Source: a virus. From it: 64,000 bases of DNA. The notes beneath the pieces were generated by a model that had not been told where the DNA came from, did not search any database, and saw only the letters and a list, made by a program, of their open reading frames with translations. Made by a program: the position numbers and the translations under genes. Of this stretch, positions 29,141 through 38,835 are shown in pieces; within the stretch, counting starts at the first letter, position 1, and each line of letters starts with the position of its first letter. The stretch spans positions 1-64,000 of IMG/VR virus record IMGVR_UViG_3300050120_000169. The stretch is one strand, 5' to 3'.

Positions 29141-29868
29141 GTACGCCTACTGTAGATAGCACTTACGTTGTAGACGGGTACTGGGTAGACGGGTACACGG
29201 TTGATGTTCCTATTACCGAAACCGTTAATAATCCAGTTACCGTGCAGACGGTGATCCCGAGCTATCTGTATTGGGAGTACAACGATGATGTGGACTTGCA
29301 GGCATTTGTAGCGAGCTATAACTCGATTGCCCAGCAGATTTTGAACACGTTTAACCAGTTGAACTTGCCGGTGTACGCGGGAAACAATCTGATTGTTGGC
29401 GCGTTGTTGAATTGGGTAGCTTTGGGTATCTACGGGGTGCCCCGGCCTATTTTGTCGAGTGGGAGTGTTTCCGCTGTCGGTACGTACAACAGCTATTCGT
29501 ACAATCAGGCTATTGTTCCTTACGACGATCTGGAATCACTGGGCACTATTACTCAGATTGTGACGAGCGACGATGTGTTCAAGCGCATCCTGACGTGGAA
29601 CTTGTATCGAGGGGATGGGAAGATTTTCAGTATCACTTGGTTGAAACGCCGGGTACTTCGGTTCTTGAACGGCCTTAATGGCACGGATCCGGGTATAGAT
29701 CAAACCTACCTCGTTAGCGTAACATTCAGTAGTGGCACGTTTGAGATTAATCTCGCGGACTATGTGGCGTCTCAGCCTAGTTCGTTGATGCCTGCAACAC
29801 TCCAAGCGGCTATGAAGTCGGGGGTGTTGAATGTGCCGTTTCAGTATTCTTTTGTGGTTAATCTATAA
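29137..29868 (+). CDS. Baseplate wedge protein
   Basis: IPSYLY.EY.DD.DLQAFV, LL.WVA.GIYG..RP, DDVFKRILTW; follows J-like gene. Confidence 0.65.
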   Translation: MSTPTVDSTYVVDGYWVDGYTVDVPITETVNNPVTVQTVIPSYLYWEYNDDVDLQAFVASYNSIAQQILNTFNQLNLPVYAGNNLIVGALLNWVALGIYGVPRPILSSGSVSAVGTYNSYSYNQAIVPYDDLESLGTITQIVTSDDVFKRILTWNLYRGDGKIFSITWLKRRVLRFLNGLNGTDPGIDQTYLVSVTFSSGTFEINLADYVASQPSSLMPATLQAAMKSGVLNVPFQYSFVVNL

Positions 29869-29887
29869 GAACCACTGGGGTTAAAAC

Positions 29888-31303
29888 ATGGCTGCACTTA
29901 TCGAGATCTATGCCAATAATGCCGCTACCACGCTTGCGGCGGGCATCAGTAGCACAGCCACGTCGTTGACGGTGTTGAGCGGCTCAGGCACGCCTTTTCC
30001 TAACCCAGGAGCGAATCAGTTTTTCCGTTTCACCTTGAATGACGCCCTCACTGGCTTGGAATACGAGATCATTTATTGCACGGCCCGATCTGGAGACACG
30101 TTCAGTGGGTTGCTGCGTGGACAGGAAGGCACGACTGCACTCGCGTGGCTGTCGGCTGATAAGGTGTTTGAGGGTGTGACGGCTGGAGCCATGGCGAACC
30201 TGACGCAGGTTGAAGAAGTTCAACAGAACCTTTTCAATTACGCGACGGATACCGGGGCGGCAAATGCCTATAACATCGCATTCTCACCCAGCCTGCAAAC
30301 CCCCGTCCCAGGTGCGGTGCTTTACTGGATCGCGGCTAATCCCAACACCACGGCAAGCACGGTTATTGTGAATGGCAGTAGTGCTTACCCGCTGCTTGGT
30401 CAGGGTCGTGCGGCCATGCAGGGAGGCGAAATTAAGTCGTTTTGTGCCATGACTTATGATGCGGCGCTGAGTAGTTACGTGCTGCTGTCGTCTACTGGGG
30501 GTGCTGTACAAGGTGTTCCTACCGTCACCAAGAGTGCTCAGCATCTAACGCTTGGGCAGGCGCAGGCGCAGTTTGCGGCCCTTAACGGTAACGCAGGTCA
30601 GGCTTTTGCAGCCGCCTCGCTGGCTAGTTCGGTGCTTTCCACTGGTAGTGGCACAACGTTGTTGTTGGAAAGTAATACAGCCATTGCGGCAGTGAATGTG
30701 GGCAACACCGCTTATGTGCCGATGTATGTAGGGGCACCCACGACGGGGAATTCTGCGGTCAACCTGACCTATGCCGGTGCAACTTACGCGGCAATTAACG
30801 GCAGTACTTCCCAGGCATTTTCAGCCAGCAACTTAACTCTCTCGGCTGGCTTGTTGACTAGCACCGCTGGTGCTTTGCAACTTAGAAATAACACTCTAGT
30901 CGGTTGTTACAACGTGGCTGGTAGCGCTTTCGTGCCCCTGGCTTGCGCCCCGGCGCAAAATGGTAATGAGGTTGTAACTCTTGGGCAACTGCAAAACCCC
31001 TTGGTGGCTGCGTCTAATGCCTACGGGGTAAATACTTACGTGGGGTGCTCAGTAGCATTTACGGCCCCAGGTCCAGGTTTGTTAATAGCCTGGGGGTCTC
31101 GAAACGATTCAGCGCAAGACGCATCTTCGTACCCAGGCTATTTGTACATAAATGGTAGTGCGTACGCCAGTGATGACACGCTAATGACCATGACCCATAT
31201 GGAAGGTATTTATACGGCTGGTGGTTACAGCAGCGCGGAGTATTACGCTGGAGGCCAATCCTTCACTGTGTGGGTGTGCCTGATTTTCATCCCCTACGTC
31301 TAA
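29888..31303 (+). CDS. Tail fibre protein
   Basis: ANNA.TTLA..I, RGQEGT.A..W, YA.DTG.ANAY; repetitive C-terminus. Confidence 0.75.
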   Translation: MAALIEIYANNAATTLAAGISSTATSLTVLSGSGTPFPNPGANQFFRFTLNDALTGLEYEIIYCTARSGDTFSGLLRGQEGTTALAWLSADKVFEGVTAGAMANLTQVEEVQQNLFNYATDTGAANAYNIAFSPSLQTPVPGAVLYWIAANPNTTASTVIVNGSSAYPLLGQGRAAMQGGEIKSFCAMTYDAALSSYVLLSSTGGAVQGVPTVTKSAQHLTLGQAQAQFAALNGNAGQAFAAASLASSVLSTGSGTTLLLESNTAIAAVNVGNTAYVPMYVGAPTTGNSAVNLTYAGATYAAINGSTSQAFSASNLTLSAGLLTSTAGALQLRNNTLVGCYNVAGSAFVPLACAPAQNGNEVVTLGQLQNPLVAASNAYGVNTYVGCSVAFTAPGPGLLIAWGSRNDSAQDASSYPGYLYINGSAYASDDTLMTMTHMEGIYTAGGYSSAEYYAGGQSFTVWVCLIFIPYV

Positions 31304-31315
31304 TAGGCACAGAAA

Positions 31316-31837
31316 ATGACTGCAATCTATTACGTTGTACCAGACGGCAAGGGAGGAATTCGTAGCGGTGGTCATTCCCCCGATGGCACCTTGCACCCCA
31401 CAGTGCCCGTGATCGTCTGTACGAAAGAAATTTCTCAGAATTTTATGGGTTACACGGAGGCTAACGGAGTACTCGTGCCTCCCCCTGCTGAATACGTGCA
31501 GGCTCAAGCGGCCAAGAAAACGGCGGATACGGCTCTGTCAGCCGGTATTACCGTAACCAGTACGACTCAGCCGCTAATCGACGGGGTGTATTCCTTGTCG
31601 CAAAGCGCTCGAAACAATATCAATTCGATTGAGAATTTCATCCTCAAACACGGCAAGTTTCCCGGTACTGCTAGTGTTTTGAATTACCCGGATAAGCTAG
31701 GGGTTATGCACGCCTTTTACGAGGTGCAGACTTTTAGTGATTTCGCCACGGCGATAACCAACTACGTCACAGATCTGAATTCCTACGCACACGGGTTTAT
31801 CCCCGCTCTGCCTGAATCCACTGTGGTTATCGCCTGA
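31316..31837 (+). CDS. Putative tail fibre assembly/accessory protein
   Basis: Follows fibre gene; F..FATAI..YV motif. Confidence 0.5.
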   Translation: MTAIYYVVPDGKGGIRSGGHSPDGTLHPTVPVIVCTKEISQNFMGYTEANGVLVPPPAEYVQAQAAKKTADTALSAGITVTSTTQPLIDGVYSLSQSARNNINSIENFILKHGKFPGTASVLNYPDKLGVMHAFYEVQTFSDFATAITNYVTDLNSYAHGFIPALPESTVVIA

Positions 31838-31851
31838 GCACGGAGTACGAC

Positions 31852-32121
31852 ATGACCGTAACTGTATATCTTCGTGCCAATCAGTCTGCTGCGCTTTCTT
31901 GGTCGCAGGTGGACGGCAACTTCACGGCCTTGGCGACACAAGTTAATACCAATACCGCAGATATTGCGGCTTTGGGTGGTGCGCAGGGTGGACCTACAAG
32001 CAGCCGCCCGTCTGTACCAACGCTGTATCAGTACTATGTAGATACCACTTTGGGATACCCAGTATGGTGTACCGTGGTAAGTCCCCCCACTTGGGTCAAC
32101 GCAGCAGGAGTCGCGTCGTGA
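31852..32121 (+). CDS. Small fibre-associated hypothetical protein
   Basis: LSW.QVD.NF, GPTSSRP....YQYY.DTTLG.PVW. Confidence 0.55.
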   Translation: MTVTVYLRANQSAALSWSQVDGNFTALATQVNTNTADIAALGGAQGGPTSSRPSVPTLYQYYVDTTLGYPVWCTVVSPPTWVNAAGVAS

Positions 32122-34427
32122 TTATCAAAAACATCAAGAAATTCATCACCTTACTGTGGCTGTTTCCGCAATTGATTGCGGGTACGGCGATGGCTCAGAC
32201 TTACCATGTGCAGAACTTGGTAGTTGGCGGCACCAGTACTTTTGCCACTCGCCCGGTGTTCAACAGCAACACGCCTTATGACACGGGTAACTTGACCATC
32301 GGCAATTATGCGACGCTGGCGAGTCCGACCTTCACCGGAACACCCGTTGTGCCCGGGTATCTGACTACCGGCACCGCAGTCAGCACCTATGCTCCAATCA
32401 ATGCCCCGACCTTCACAGGCGTAGGCACGATTCCGAGTGGGTGGTCGATTGCCGGTTACTTGACTAGCTCGACAGCGGCCAGTACTTACGCCCCCCTCAG
32501 CACCCCAACCTTCACCGGTACGGTGACGGCCACTACCTTTGCAGGAGCAGGTACGAGTTTGACGGGTACGGCAGCATCGTTGAATATTGGCGGCAATGCT
32601 GCAACAGCGACGAGCGCCACGACCGCAACTAAGATTGCGTCCGGTGCAGCGAACCAGATCTTGTACCAGTCTGGAGCGGGTGTTACCGCGTTTTTAACCG
32701 CCCCGACCAGTGCCAGTACTTACCTCGAATGGAATGGCACGGCCTTTACCTGGGGTGCAGGAGGCGGCGGTGGGGGGAGCGGTACAGTTACGAGTGTGGC
32801 TATCAGTGGAGGCACCACGGGCCTAACGTGGACTGGTAGCCCCATTACCACGAGTGGCACCTTTACCCTTGCCGGTTTGCTTGTACCCGCCAACGGCGGC
32901 ACGGGCGTAGCAAGTCCTACTGCACACGGTGTTCTGGTAGCTGAGGGTTCCTCGGCTATGACTACGGCTACCATCGGTACAGCAGGTAATACGATTGTTG
33001 ACCAAGGCAGTGGCGCAGATCCTAAATTCCAGTCCAGTGGTCAGATTATTCTGACTGGTGCGGACCCTACCGGGGTGGCTGACAGCACCACGGCGATTCA
33101 AAATGCTGTTACCACGGCTGTCGTAAATGGTGAGAAGCTTTCGATCCCCCCGGGCACGTACAAGATTAGTGCGGCAATTTCCGTACCGTTTGGTACTGGC
33201 TACAGTATTTCAGGCAACAGTCGTGGTGGTACGATCATCAGTCAGACAGCGGCGAACACGGCCATTTTCAATCTTGCCAGCGGTAGCGGAGGGGTGGGCG
33301 GTCATTCCTTTGCCTTCACTGATATGACTTTGCAGTGGGCGAGCGCCCCGACGATTAGCCAAGCGCACTCGATTGGGATCAGTTTTAACAACAGCGCTGA
33401 ATCCTTCTACGACTTCCAGATCCAGCGACTGACCTGTACCAACGGTTACGAGTGCGTGGGCATCGACAACGCGACTGACACCACAGTATGGGGAGTGTCA
33501 ATGCGCGATATCGTGGTTGGTAACACTGCCTGTAGCGCGATTGACTTCAGCGAAGGCGGCACCGGCCAACCAAGTATCTCGATTGATGGTGTGTACGCCA
33601 CGGCCAGCAACATGGACGTGAGTTGCCCAGTTATCAACGTGGCAAACAATGACAGCGGGTGGTTTAACCACATCGAAGTCAATGCCGTGCCACACGGAAA
33701 CACCGTGCTCTATGCTACCGGCCAGTTTGCGATTGGCACGATCAAGATCGAGCAGGGCACATACACCAACGGTCAGTATATTTACCGGTTCATCAATGCC
33801 CACGTCACGGCTAATAACCTGTTGGCAGAAGATTTGACCATCAGTGCCAGCGGTAGCGAAGTGTATGGCCTGGATATCAACGGCGGCGGGGGTGGCACTA
33901 CGGCCACCATCGGTAACTACAATCTGACGTTTGCGATCGGCATTACCGGATCCTTTTATCTGGTCAACAGCGGCACAGCCCCGACCTTTACTGCCCGGTT
34001 CCTGAATCAGCCGAACGGGTTGATTGGTACGGCCAACGCGTTTTTGACCCAAGTGCCTGCCAGCGCCAGCGCGGACGGGGTATCTGTGGATGATTGGCAA
34101 CAAAAGCGAATGACTGCCGATACTGGTGATGCCAGCACCACCTATGCAATTGGTAATCCGAACATGATTTTGTACAACACGCCCCTAACTGCGGGTCGTA
34201 CGGTCGAGTTCACTGATCCGTCTAACAGCATTACTGACACCAACCTGTATAATGGTGCCGAAGTGTGTGTGGTACGGACTGCTGCGGCTACGGGGGCATC
34301 GGTGATTACTGTAGAGCAGTTTCAGGCTGGTGCGATTGGCACCACGATTGCGGCGGGACAGTCTGAGTGCTTTATGTGGAAACGTTCGGTCACTAACTGG
34401 GTAGAGGTGAGCAAAAGCAGCCTGTAA
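32118..34427 (+). CDS. Tailspike-like protein with pectate-lyase-type beta-helix and apparent signal peptide
   Basis: YAP..PTFTG fibre repeats, GADPTGVADSTTAIQNA..IPPGTYKI beta-helix start; GTG 32118 after AGGAG. Confidence 0.7.
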   Translation: MIIKNIKKFITLLWLFPQLIAGTAMAQTYHVQNLVVGGTSTFATRPVFNSNTPYDTGNLTIGNYATLASPTFTGTPVVPGYLTTGTAVSTYAPINAPTFTGVGTIPSGWSIAGYLTSSTAASTYAPLSTPTFTGTVTATTFAGAGTSLTGTAASLNIGGNAATATSATTATKIASGAANQILYQSGAGVTAFLTAPTSASTYLEWNGTAFTWGAGGGGGGSGTVTSVAISGGTTGLTWTGSPITTSGTFTLAGLLVPANGGTGVASPTAHGVLVAEGSSAMTTATIGTAGNTIVDQGSGADPKFQSSGQIILTGADPTGVADSTTAIQNAVTTAVVNGEKLSIPPGTYKISAAISVPFGTGYSISGNSRGGTIISQTAANTAIFNLASGSGGVGGHSFAFTDMTLQWASAPTISQAHSIGISFNNSAESFYDFQIQRLTCTNGYECVGIDNATDTTVWGVSMRDIVVGNTACSAIDFSEGGTGQPSISIDGVYATASNMDVSCPVINVANNDSGWFNHIEVNAVPHGNTVLYATGQFAIGTIKIEQGTYTNGQYIYRFINAHVTANNLLAEDLTISASGSEVYGLDINGGGGGTTATIGNYNLTFAIGITGSFYLVNSGTAPTFTARFLNQPNGLIGTANAFLTQVPASASADGVSVDDWQQKRMTADTGDASTTYAIGNPNMILYNTPLTAGRTVEFTDPSNSITDTNLYNGAEVCVVRTAAATGASVITVEQFQAGAIGTTIAAGQSECFMWKRSVTNWVEVSKSSL
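32166..32181. repeat. Dispersed palindrome copy 8
   Basis: CCGCAATTGATTGCGG, in CDS. Confidence 0.9.
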
Positions 34428-34459
34428 TTGGGGATATGTAACTAGTGCTGGGGATTACC

Positions 34460-34654
34460 ATGCCTGAGTACCCACGAAGCGACAAAGAGCGCATTGCGGC
34501 TTTGGAAAAGGATAACGAGAACATCCATATCAACATGGGGTCTTTCGTTACCCGGGATGAGTTCACCTCAGTTAAACTGATCGCGTATGGCTTCGTCGCA
34601 ATCGTATTGTCCTCGGTCTTGATCTCAATCATGGGGAGGTTCGTTTTTAAATGA
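34460..34654 (+). CDS. Holin-like membrane protein
   Basis: ERIAALE coiled coil + C-terminal TM; lysis region. Confidence 0.5.
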   Translation: MPEYPRSDKERIAALEKDNENIHINMGSFVTRDEFTSVKLIAYGFVAIVLSSVLISIMGRFVFK

Positions 34655-34809
34655 AACAACTTCTAAAAGAATGCCGTGAGTGCTGGTTGGTTACCAGTTT
34701 CATAACCGTCTTGTTTATCGCAAACGGGGTCAACATGTGGGTTTCGGTTTCAACGAGCCACGATCCCAGCCTACCGGTGATACTGCGATTGCTCGACATC
34801 TTTCGATAA
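34651..34809 (+). CDS. Small membrane protein (52 aa, below ORF-track cutoff)
   Basis: MKQLLKECRECWLVTSFITVLFIANGVNMWV...; coupled to the previous stop; GGAGG RBS. Confidence 0.45.
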   Translation: MKQLLKECRECWLVTSFITVLFIANGVNMWVSVSTSHDPSLPVILRLLDIFR

Positions 34810-34818
34810 GGTGCCATC

Positions 34819-35118
34819 ATGACCGAGAAAACAATAATCTACAAAACACCCTGCGTTTGGCTGTGGGTTTCGCTGATTCTGTTCTCGGGCATCTGTGGTG
34901 GCATAACCGGCTTGTACACGGGTGTGCATGTGGCCGAGCAAACGCAGCAGACGAAGGTAGAAGTCAAGACTAATCAGATACTAGACAAAGTTGCGAGTAA
35001 ATTAGACTCCAGCAAGTTGGAGCCAAAGAGAGTGGATTGCGTTAGACCTCCTGCCGCCCCGGCCCCCGCTGACAAGCCGAGTTGGTTCCACTGGTGGAAT
35101 GGCAGCAACAAGCACTAG
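34819..35118 (+). CDS. Membrane-anchored protein (possible spanin component)
   Basis: N-terminal TM, helical and Pro-rich C-terminus; next to endolysin. Confidence 0.45.
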   Translation: MTEKTIIYKTPCVWLWVSLILFSGICGGITGLYTGVHVAEQTQQTKVEVKTNQILDKVASKLDSSKLEPKRVDCVRPPAAPAPADKPSWFHWWNGSNKH

Positions 35119-35134
35119 CCGCAATCAATTGCGG
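35119..35134. repeat. Dispersed palindrome copy 9
   Basis: CCGCAATCAATTGCGG, intergenic before endolysin. Confidence 0.9.
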
Positions 35135-35142
35135 AGAAAATC

Positions 35143-35796
35143 GTGACGTTCGCCCAGTACGAGATAGACTTTATCAACAGCCTGCAAATGGCCGCCCAAA
35201 CCAGCATGGAAATGACCGGTGTTCCTGCGTCGTTTGTCATTGCTGAGGGTGCGCTTGAATCCAACTGGGGGCGCAGCGGGTTGGTGGCGGAGGCCATGAA
35301 TATCTTTGGTGTGAAGGCCGATGTCAGTTGGACCGGCCCGGTGTACATCATGCGCACGCGTGAGTGCATTCAGGGCAAGTGGGTGATTCAGGAAGCCCGC
35401 TGGCGCAAGTACAGCAGTTGGCTGGATTCCATTACCGATCATGCCCAGTTCTTTTTACAGAACCCCCGGTACAAGCCAGCATTGCTATGTCAGACCGGGC
35501 CTGCTTTCGCGGTGGCAGCGGCTAAAGCAGGGTATGCTACGGATCCTGACTACGCGGCAAAGATCACTGAAATCATTACCGAGCACGGCCTACAGACTCT
35601 GGATAATGTGACGTTGCTCAAGCCAGGAGTTACCCAAGTGGCCCCGGCTCCTACCCCTGCCGTAGTAGTGCCTGTGGCCCCACCAGCACCGCCCCTAGCC
35701 TTGGTTGCTGCTACGCCTGTAGCTGCCCCACTAGCTCACCCCGGCCCGACCGTGCCGCCATTTAGCTTCTTAGAATGGTTTAAAAATCTGTTTTGA
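35143..35796 (+). CDS. Endolysin, glucosaminidase/FlgJ (GH73)-like
   Basis: IAEGALESNWG, NIFGVKA, NPRY, AGYATDPDYA; Pro/Ala-rich tail. Confidence 0.85.
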   Translation: MTFAQYEIDFINSLQMAAQTSMEMTGVPASFVIAEGALESNWGRSGLVAEAMNIFGVKADVSWTGPVYIMRTRECIQGKWVIQEARWRKYSSWLDSITDHAQFFLQNPRYKPALLCQTGPAFAVAAAKAGYATDPDYAAKITEIITEHGLQTLDNVTLLKPGVTQVAPAPTPAVVVPVAPPAPPLALVAATPVAAPLAHPGPTVPPFSFLEWFKNLF

Positions 35797-35801
35797 GTCC
35801 T

Positions 35802-35829
35802 TTGACAAATCCGGTATTGGTGCTATAGT
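35802..35829 (+). promoter_or_regulatory. Sigma70-type promoter
   Basis: TTGACA-16 bp-TATAGT with extended -10 TG. Confidence 0.75.
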
Positions 35830-35836
35830 ACGGACA

Positions 35837-36150
35837 TGCGGTGGGCTTCCAAAACCTGAAATTCACGGGCAGTGCGGCCCTGACACCGCACCCAACAGGC
35901 ATTAACTGAACCAGCAGTCACCTGGGACTGACCATGAATCATGGAAAATCATGGAAGGGTGTGTGGCCCGCTCTAAACCGCTAGGAACGGAGGGCAAGAA
36001 TGTTTGCGGGATTGATCCCCCGTTACGTACCGTGCAAGCCACGGATTGCAACATCGTTCGGTGCTAGTAGACGTACTAGCCGGATGGCTCACGAAACGGG
36101 CTATTGGTCACGGACGAGTGACGCCGGAAGGGAAAGTCATAACCGGTACG
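35837..36150 (+). ncRNA. Candidate structured non-coding RNA/leader
   Basis: Dense run of hairpins immediately after the promoter, no convincing ORF. Confidence 0.35.
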
Positions 36151-36152
36151 AT

Positions 36153-36580
36153 TCCGGGGAACCCGAGCACGGTCATGAATTTTGAGAAAACATGTAAGCG
36201 CCACGGTGTTACTAAACATCGGTATGTTAAGCGCAAAGGTTACGCTGATAGAGAGCAGTGCTGTAGGTGCAACACGGAAGCTGTGCTTAAACGAAGACGA
36301 CGTATCAAAGATATGGCTATAGCCTATAAAGGCGGAAAATGCCAAAAATGCGGGTACGCAAAATGCAAAACTGCGTTAGAGTTTCATCACCGTGATCGTG
36401 CAGCCAAAGAGTTCGCCATAGGCACTGATGGGGACACAAGAAGTTGGGAACGCGTGAAAAAAGAGTTAGATAAGTGTGATTTATTGTGCTCCAATTGCCA
36501 CCGAGAAACGCACGAAGAACTAGATTTTGCGTGATTGTTAATCAATGGCTAGGTGGGTTCGATCCCCATACCCGGAGCCA
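36153..36580 (+). tRNA. tRNA-Asn(GTT) interrupted by an HNH ORF (split or pseudo-tRNA)
   Basis: 5' part TCCGGGG (36153) pairs with ACCCGGA-G-CCA (to 36580); anticodon loop TT-GTT-AA at 36535-36541; T-arm GTGGG TTCGATC CCCAT. Confidence 0.6.
36175..36534 (+). mobile_element. HNH endonuclease
   Basis: YKGGKCQKCGY, LEFHHRD, KCDLLCSNCHRETH; probable ATG 36175. Confidence 0.85.
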
Positions 36581-36597
36581 GCCTCAATGGAGTGAGA

Positions 36598-36822
36598 ATG
36601 CCAAAGTATCCTTTTTCAGGTGAAATCACGATACATCTATCAATCCTGGGCATGGAAGAATGCCAAGCAAAGATAGGGGCGTTTATTTCCGGCCAGCCCA
36701 ACATGATGGAAATGACTCCGTTTAATATTGAGTGGCTACGCGACGTAGCTACCCAGATCGTAAAAGATACGCTTCGAGTTGAACTCGAATTACGCGATAT
36801 GCACACCCAAGAAAAACTATGA
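36598..36822 (+). CDS. Hypothetical protein
   Basis: GGAG RBS before ATG 36598. Confidence 0.55.
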   Translation: MPKYPFSGEITIHLSILGMEECQAKIGAFISGQPNMMEMTPFNIEWLRDVATQIVKDTLRVELELRDMHTQEKL

Positions 36823-38009
36823 CCATGCTTGAGCACGCGCTGAAGGCACGCATTCCTGTTATTGCCGCACAGACAGACGATTTGGTTCATGTTGGAGAAG
36901 TCCTTCAGGTTTGGGCACAAAAGCTTGCTGTAGATTGGTCTACCCTGAGCGATAAAGCGCCGCTGATGGCGAAGCACGTCTATTACACGACCGACGAAAA
37001 GGCCGTTACCCTCATCAACTATCGCAGGCTTGAAGCGGCGGCGTGCAGTTTGGTGGTGCTAAACAGCACTAAGCCAAACTCCCTGGCCTTTGAAACCGGC
37101 CAAGTACCTGTCAGCAGGGAAATGATCGAGAAGGACATGGCAGGGTTTATTCAAGCTGCGCAGCAACCAGTTCTTAGCCGGATCATGAATGGCATGAGCC
37201 TTAAGGCCGCCCATGATTGTCTAGTACTCACCATCGCCCGTACAGGCGGCGCGGCACCGACTGAGGTACGTCGTACCCGGCTGATGCTGACCGGTGGCCT
37301 GCGCGGGTTGATTCCACTTGAAACTGAAGAAGAGGTGTTTTATGCGTGGCCGCCGAAATTGTTGGAATGGGTGGAAACGAACAGTAAATTCTTTAGTTCT
37401 CCCCAGACCCCCCATAAGCTGGTTCCGAGAGGGTTGTTGCTCGCAGGCCCAGCAGGAACAGGGAAGACTATGGCGGCCCGCGAAATTGCGCACAGACTCA
37501 AAATTCCGCTTTACCGGCTCGACATTGCGCAAGCCCTCAACCGATATATTGGTGAGAGTGAGAACCAAGTCAGCCGTATCCTGGCTCTGGCCGAACAGGA
37601 AAGCCCGTGTGTCGTACTTCTTGATGAAGTAGAAAAGATTTTTCAGCACAGTGATGACGGCGGCACGGTGACGCGGATCCTTAGTCAGATCCTGTGGTGG
37701 CTTAGTGAGCATCGCAGCAGGGTGCTTACGATCATGACCACCAATGACATCAAGAAGATTCCGCCAGAACTGTATCGTCCTGGGCGGTTGGATCAGGTAT
37801 TCTACCTACCCCGCTTGGCACTTAAGGACGCCGAGGATTTTGCGCTCGATGTGTTTAGAGACGTGCTTGATCCTGGTCTATTGACGGTTAAGGTAGTCCT
37901 TAAGCTACATGCGGCGCTTCACGCTATTGGGCGTACCGAACTATCGCACGCGGAAGTCAGCGAGACCGTGTACTCACAAATTAAACAATCTAACTGGCTT
38001 ACTTTATGA
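36819..38009 (+). CDS. AAA+ ATPase
   Basis: Walker A GPAGTGKT, Walker B VVLLDEVEK, SRH TTN...PPEL.RPGRLD. Confidence 0.9.
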   Translation: MTMLEHALKARIPVIAAQTDDLVHVGEVLQVWAQKLAVDWSTLSDKAPLMAKHVYYTTDEKAVTLINYRRLEAAACSLVVLNSTKPNSLAFETGQVPVSREMIEKDMAGFIQAAQQPVLSRIMNGMSLKAAHDCLVLTIARTGGAAPTEVRRTRLMLTGGLRGLIPLETEEEVFYAWPPKLLEWVETNSKFFSSPQTPHKLVPRGLLLAGPAGTGKTMAAREIAHRLKIPLYRLDIAQALNRYIGESENQVSRILALAEQESPCVVLLDEVEKIFQHSDDGGTVTRILSQILWWLSEHRSRVLTIMTTNDIKKIPPELYRPGRLDQVFYLPRLALKDAEDFALDVFRDVLDPGLLTVKVVLKLHAALHAIGRTELSHAEVSETVYSQIKQSNWLTL

Positions 38010-38203
38010 AAACTGTGTACGTGATTTTTTACGAAGGCCCCGAGTGGAATGACCCGATAGAGGGCTATGTATCTAACCACAGGGCTAAAACCCGGGCGGC
38101 AGAACTTAACAAGATGCGGAATATAACCGACAAATCAGCGTCGTTGGACGCCTTGAGCGAGTACGTGGTCAAATCGATAACCATCATGGATATGCCGTCA
38201 TGA
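38006..38203 (+). CDS. Hypothetical protein
   Basis: Coupled ORF. Confidence 0.5.
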   Translation: MKTVYVIFYEGPEWNDPIEGYVSNHRAKTRAAELNKMRNITDKSASLDALSEYVVKSITIMDMPS

Positions 38204-38532
38204 GCAAAGCCAACCACGAAGACACCATTAACGACTTGCAGAAGGCGGTGAATGCTTTGGAAAAAGACGCCCTCCGTTGGACATTCTTCACCCATCTGCC
38301 CCGGTCATTGCAATTGGACATGATTGAAAGCTATAAAAACCCATTCGCACTTAACCGAGCACTGGCTGAGCTTATGGACCGGCCAGCAAACCCATATGAG
38401 TACCCGGGTAACGACGAACGGTTGTTCGAAGAAGCTGGAATCGAGGCTGACACCTATCGAGGCGGAGGCTGGTTTGCGCTGCGCACGATGTTGATCAACT
38501 TTCACAAACGTTGTCAGGCTCTAAAAATTTGA
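38200..38532 (+). CDS. Hypothetical protein
   Basis: Coupled ORF. Confidence 0.55.
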   Translation: MSKANHEDTINDLQKAVNALEKDALRWTFFTHLPRSLQLDMIESYKNPFALNRALAELMDRPANPYEYPGNDERLFEEAGIEADTYRGGGWFALRTMLINFHKRCQALKI

Positions 38533-38536
38533 TAGA

Positions 38537-38552
38537 CCGCAATTAATTGCGG
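38537..38552. repeat. Dispersed palindrome copy 10
   Basis: CCGCAATTAATTGCGG, 19 bp upstream of a -35 box. Confidence 0.9.
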
Positions 38553-38571
38553 AGAACGCGTAAAAAACATT

Positions 38572-38599
38572 TTGACAAACTGCCGGGCTTACCTATACT
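38572..38599 (+). promoter_or_regulatory. Sigma70-type promoter
   Basis: TTGACA-16 bp-TATACT. Confidence 0.75.
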
Positions 38600-38637
38600 A
38601 CGTTCATGACATAACGAATTAACGATTTCACACCGGC

Positions 38638-38835
38638 ATGGAGGCCATCATGGAAGCTACTCTCACCGCACACGAAGCATTCCTACGCGAAGTGGCTGAA
38701 TGGCGCGTCTACTATTTGGACCTCCTGCGTGACGGTATGGAAACCCTGGCACTTCGTCAAAAAACGCGTGAAGACATTTTTGCCAAACGCGTCGCAGCCC
38801 TCGAAGCTTGCCGGATTTACTCAGCAGCTTACTAG
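38638..38835 (+). CDS. Hypothetical early protein
   Basis: ORF after promoter; GGAGG RBS before the second ATG. Confidence 0.55.
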   Translation: MEAIMEATLTAHEAFLREVAEWRVYYLDLLRDGMETLALRQKTREDIFAKRVAALEACRIYSAAY

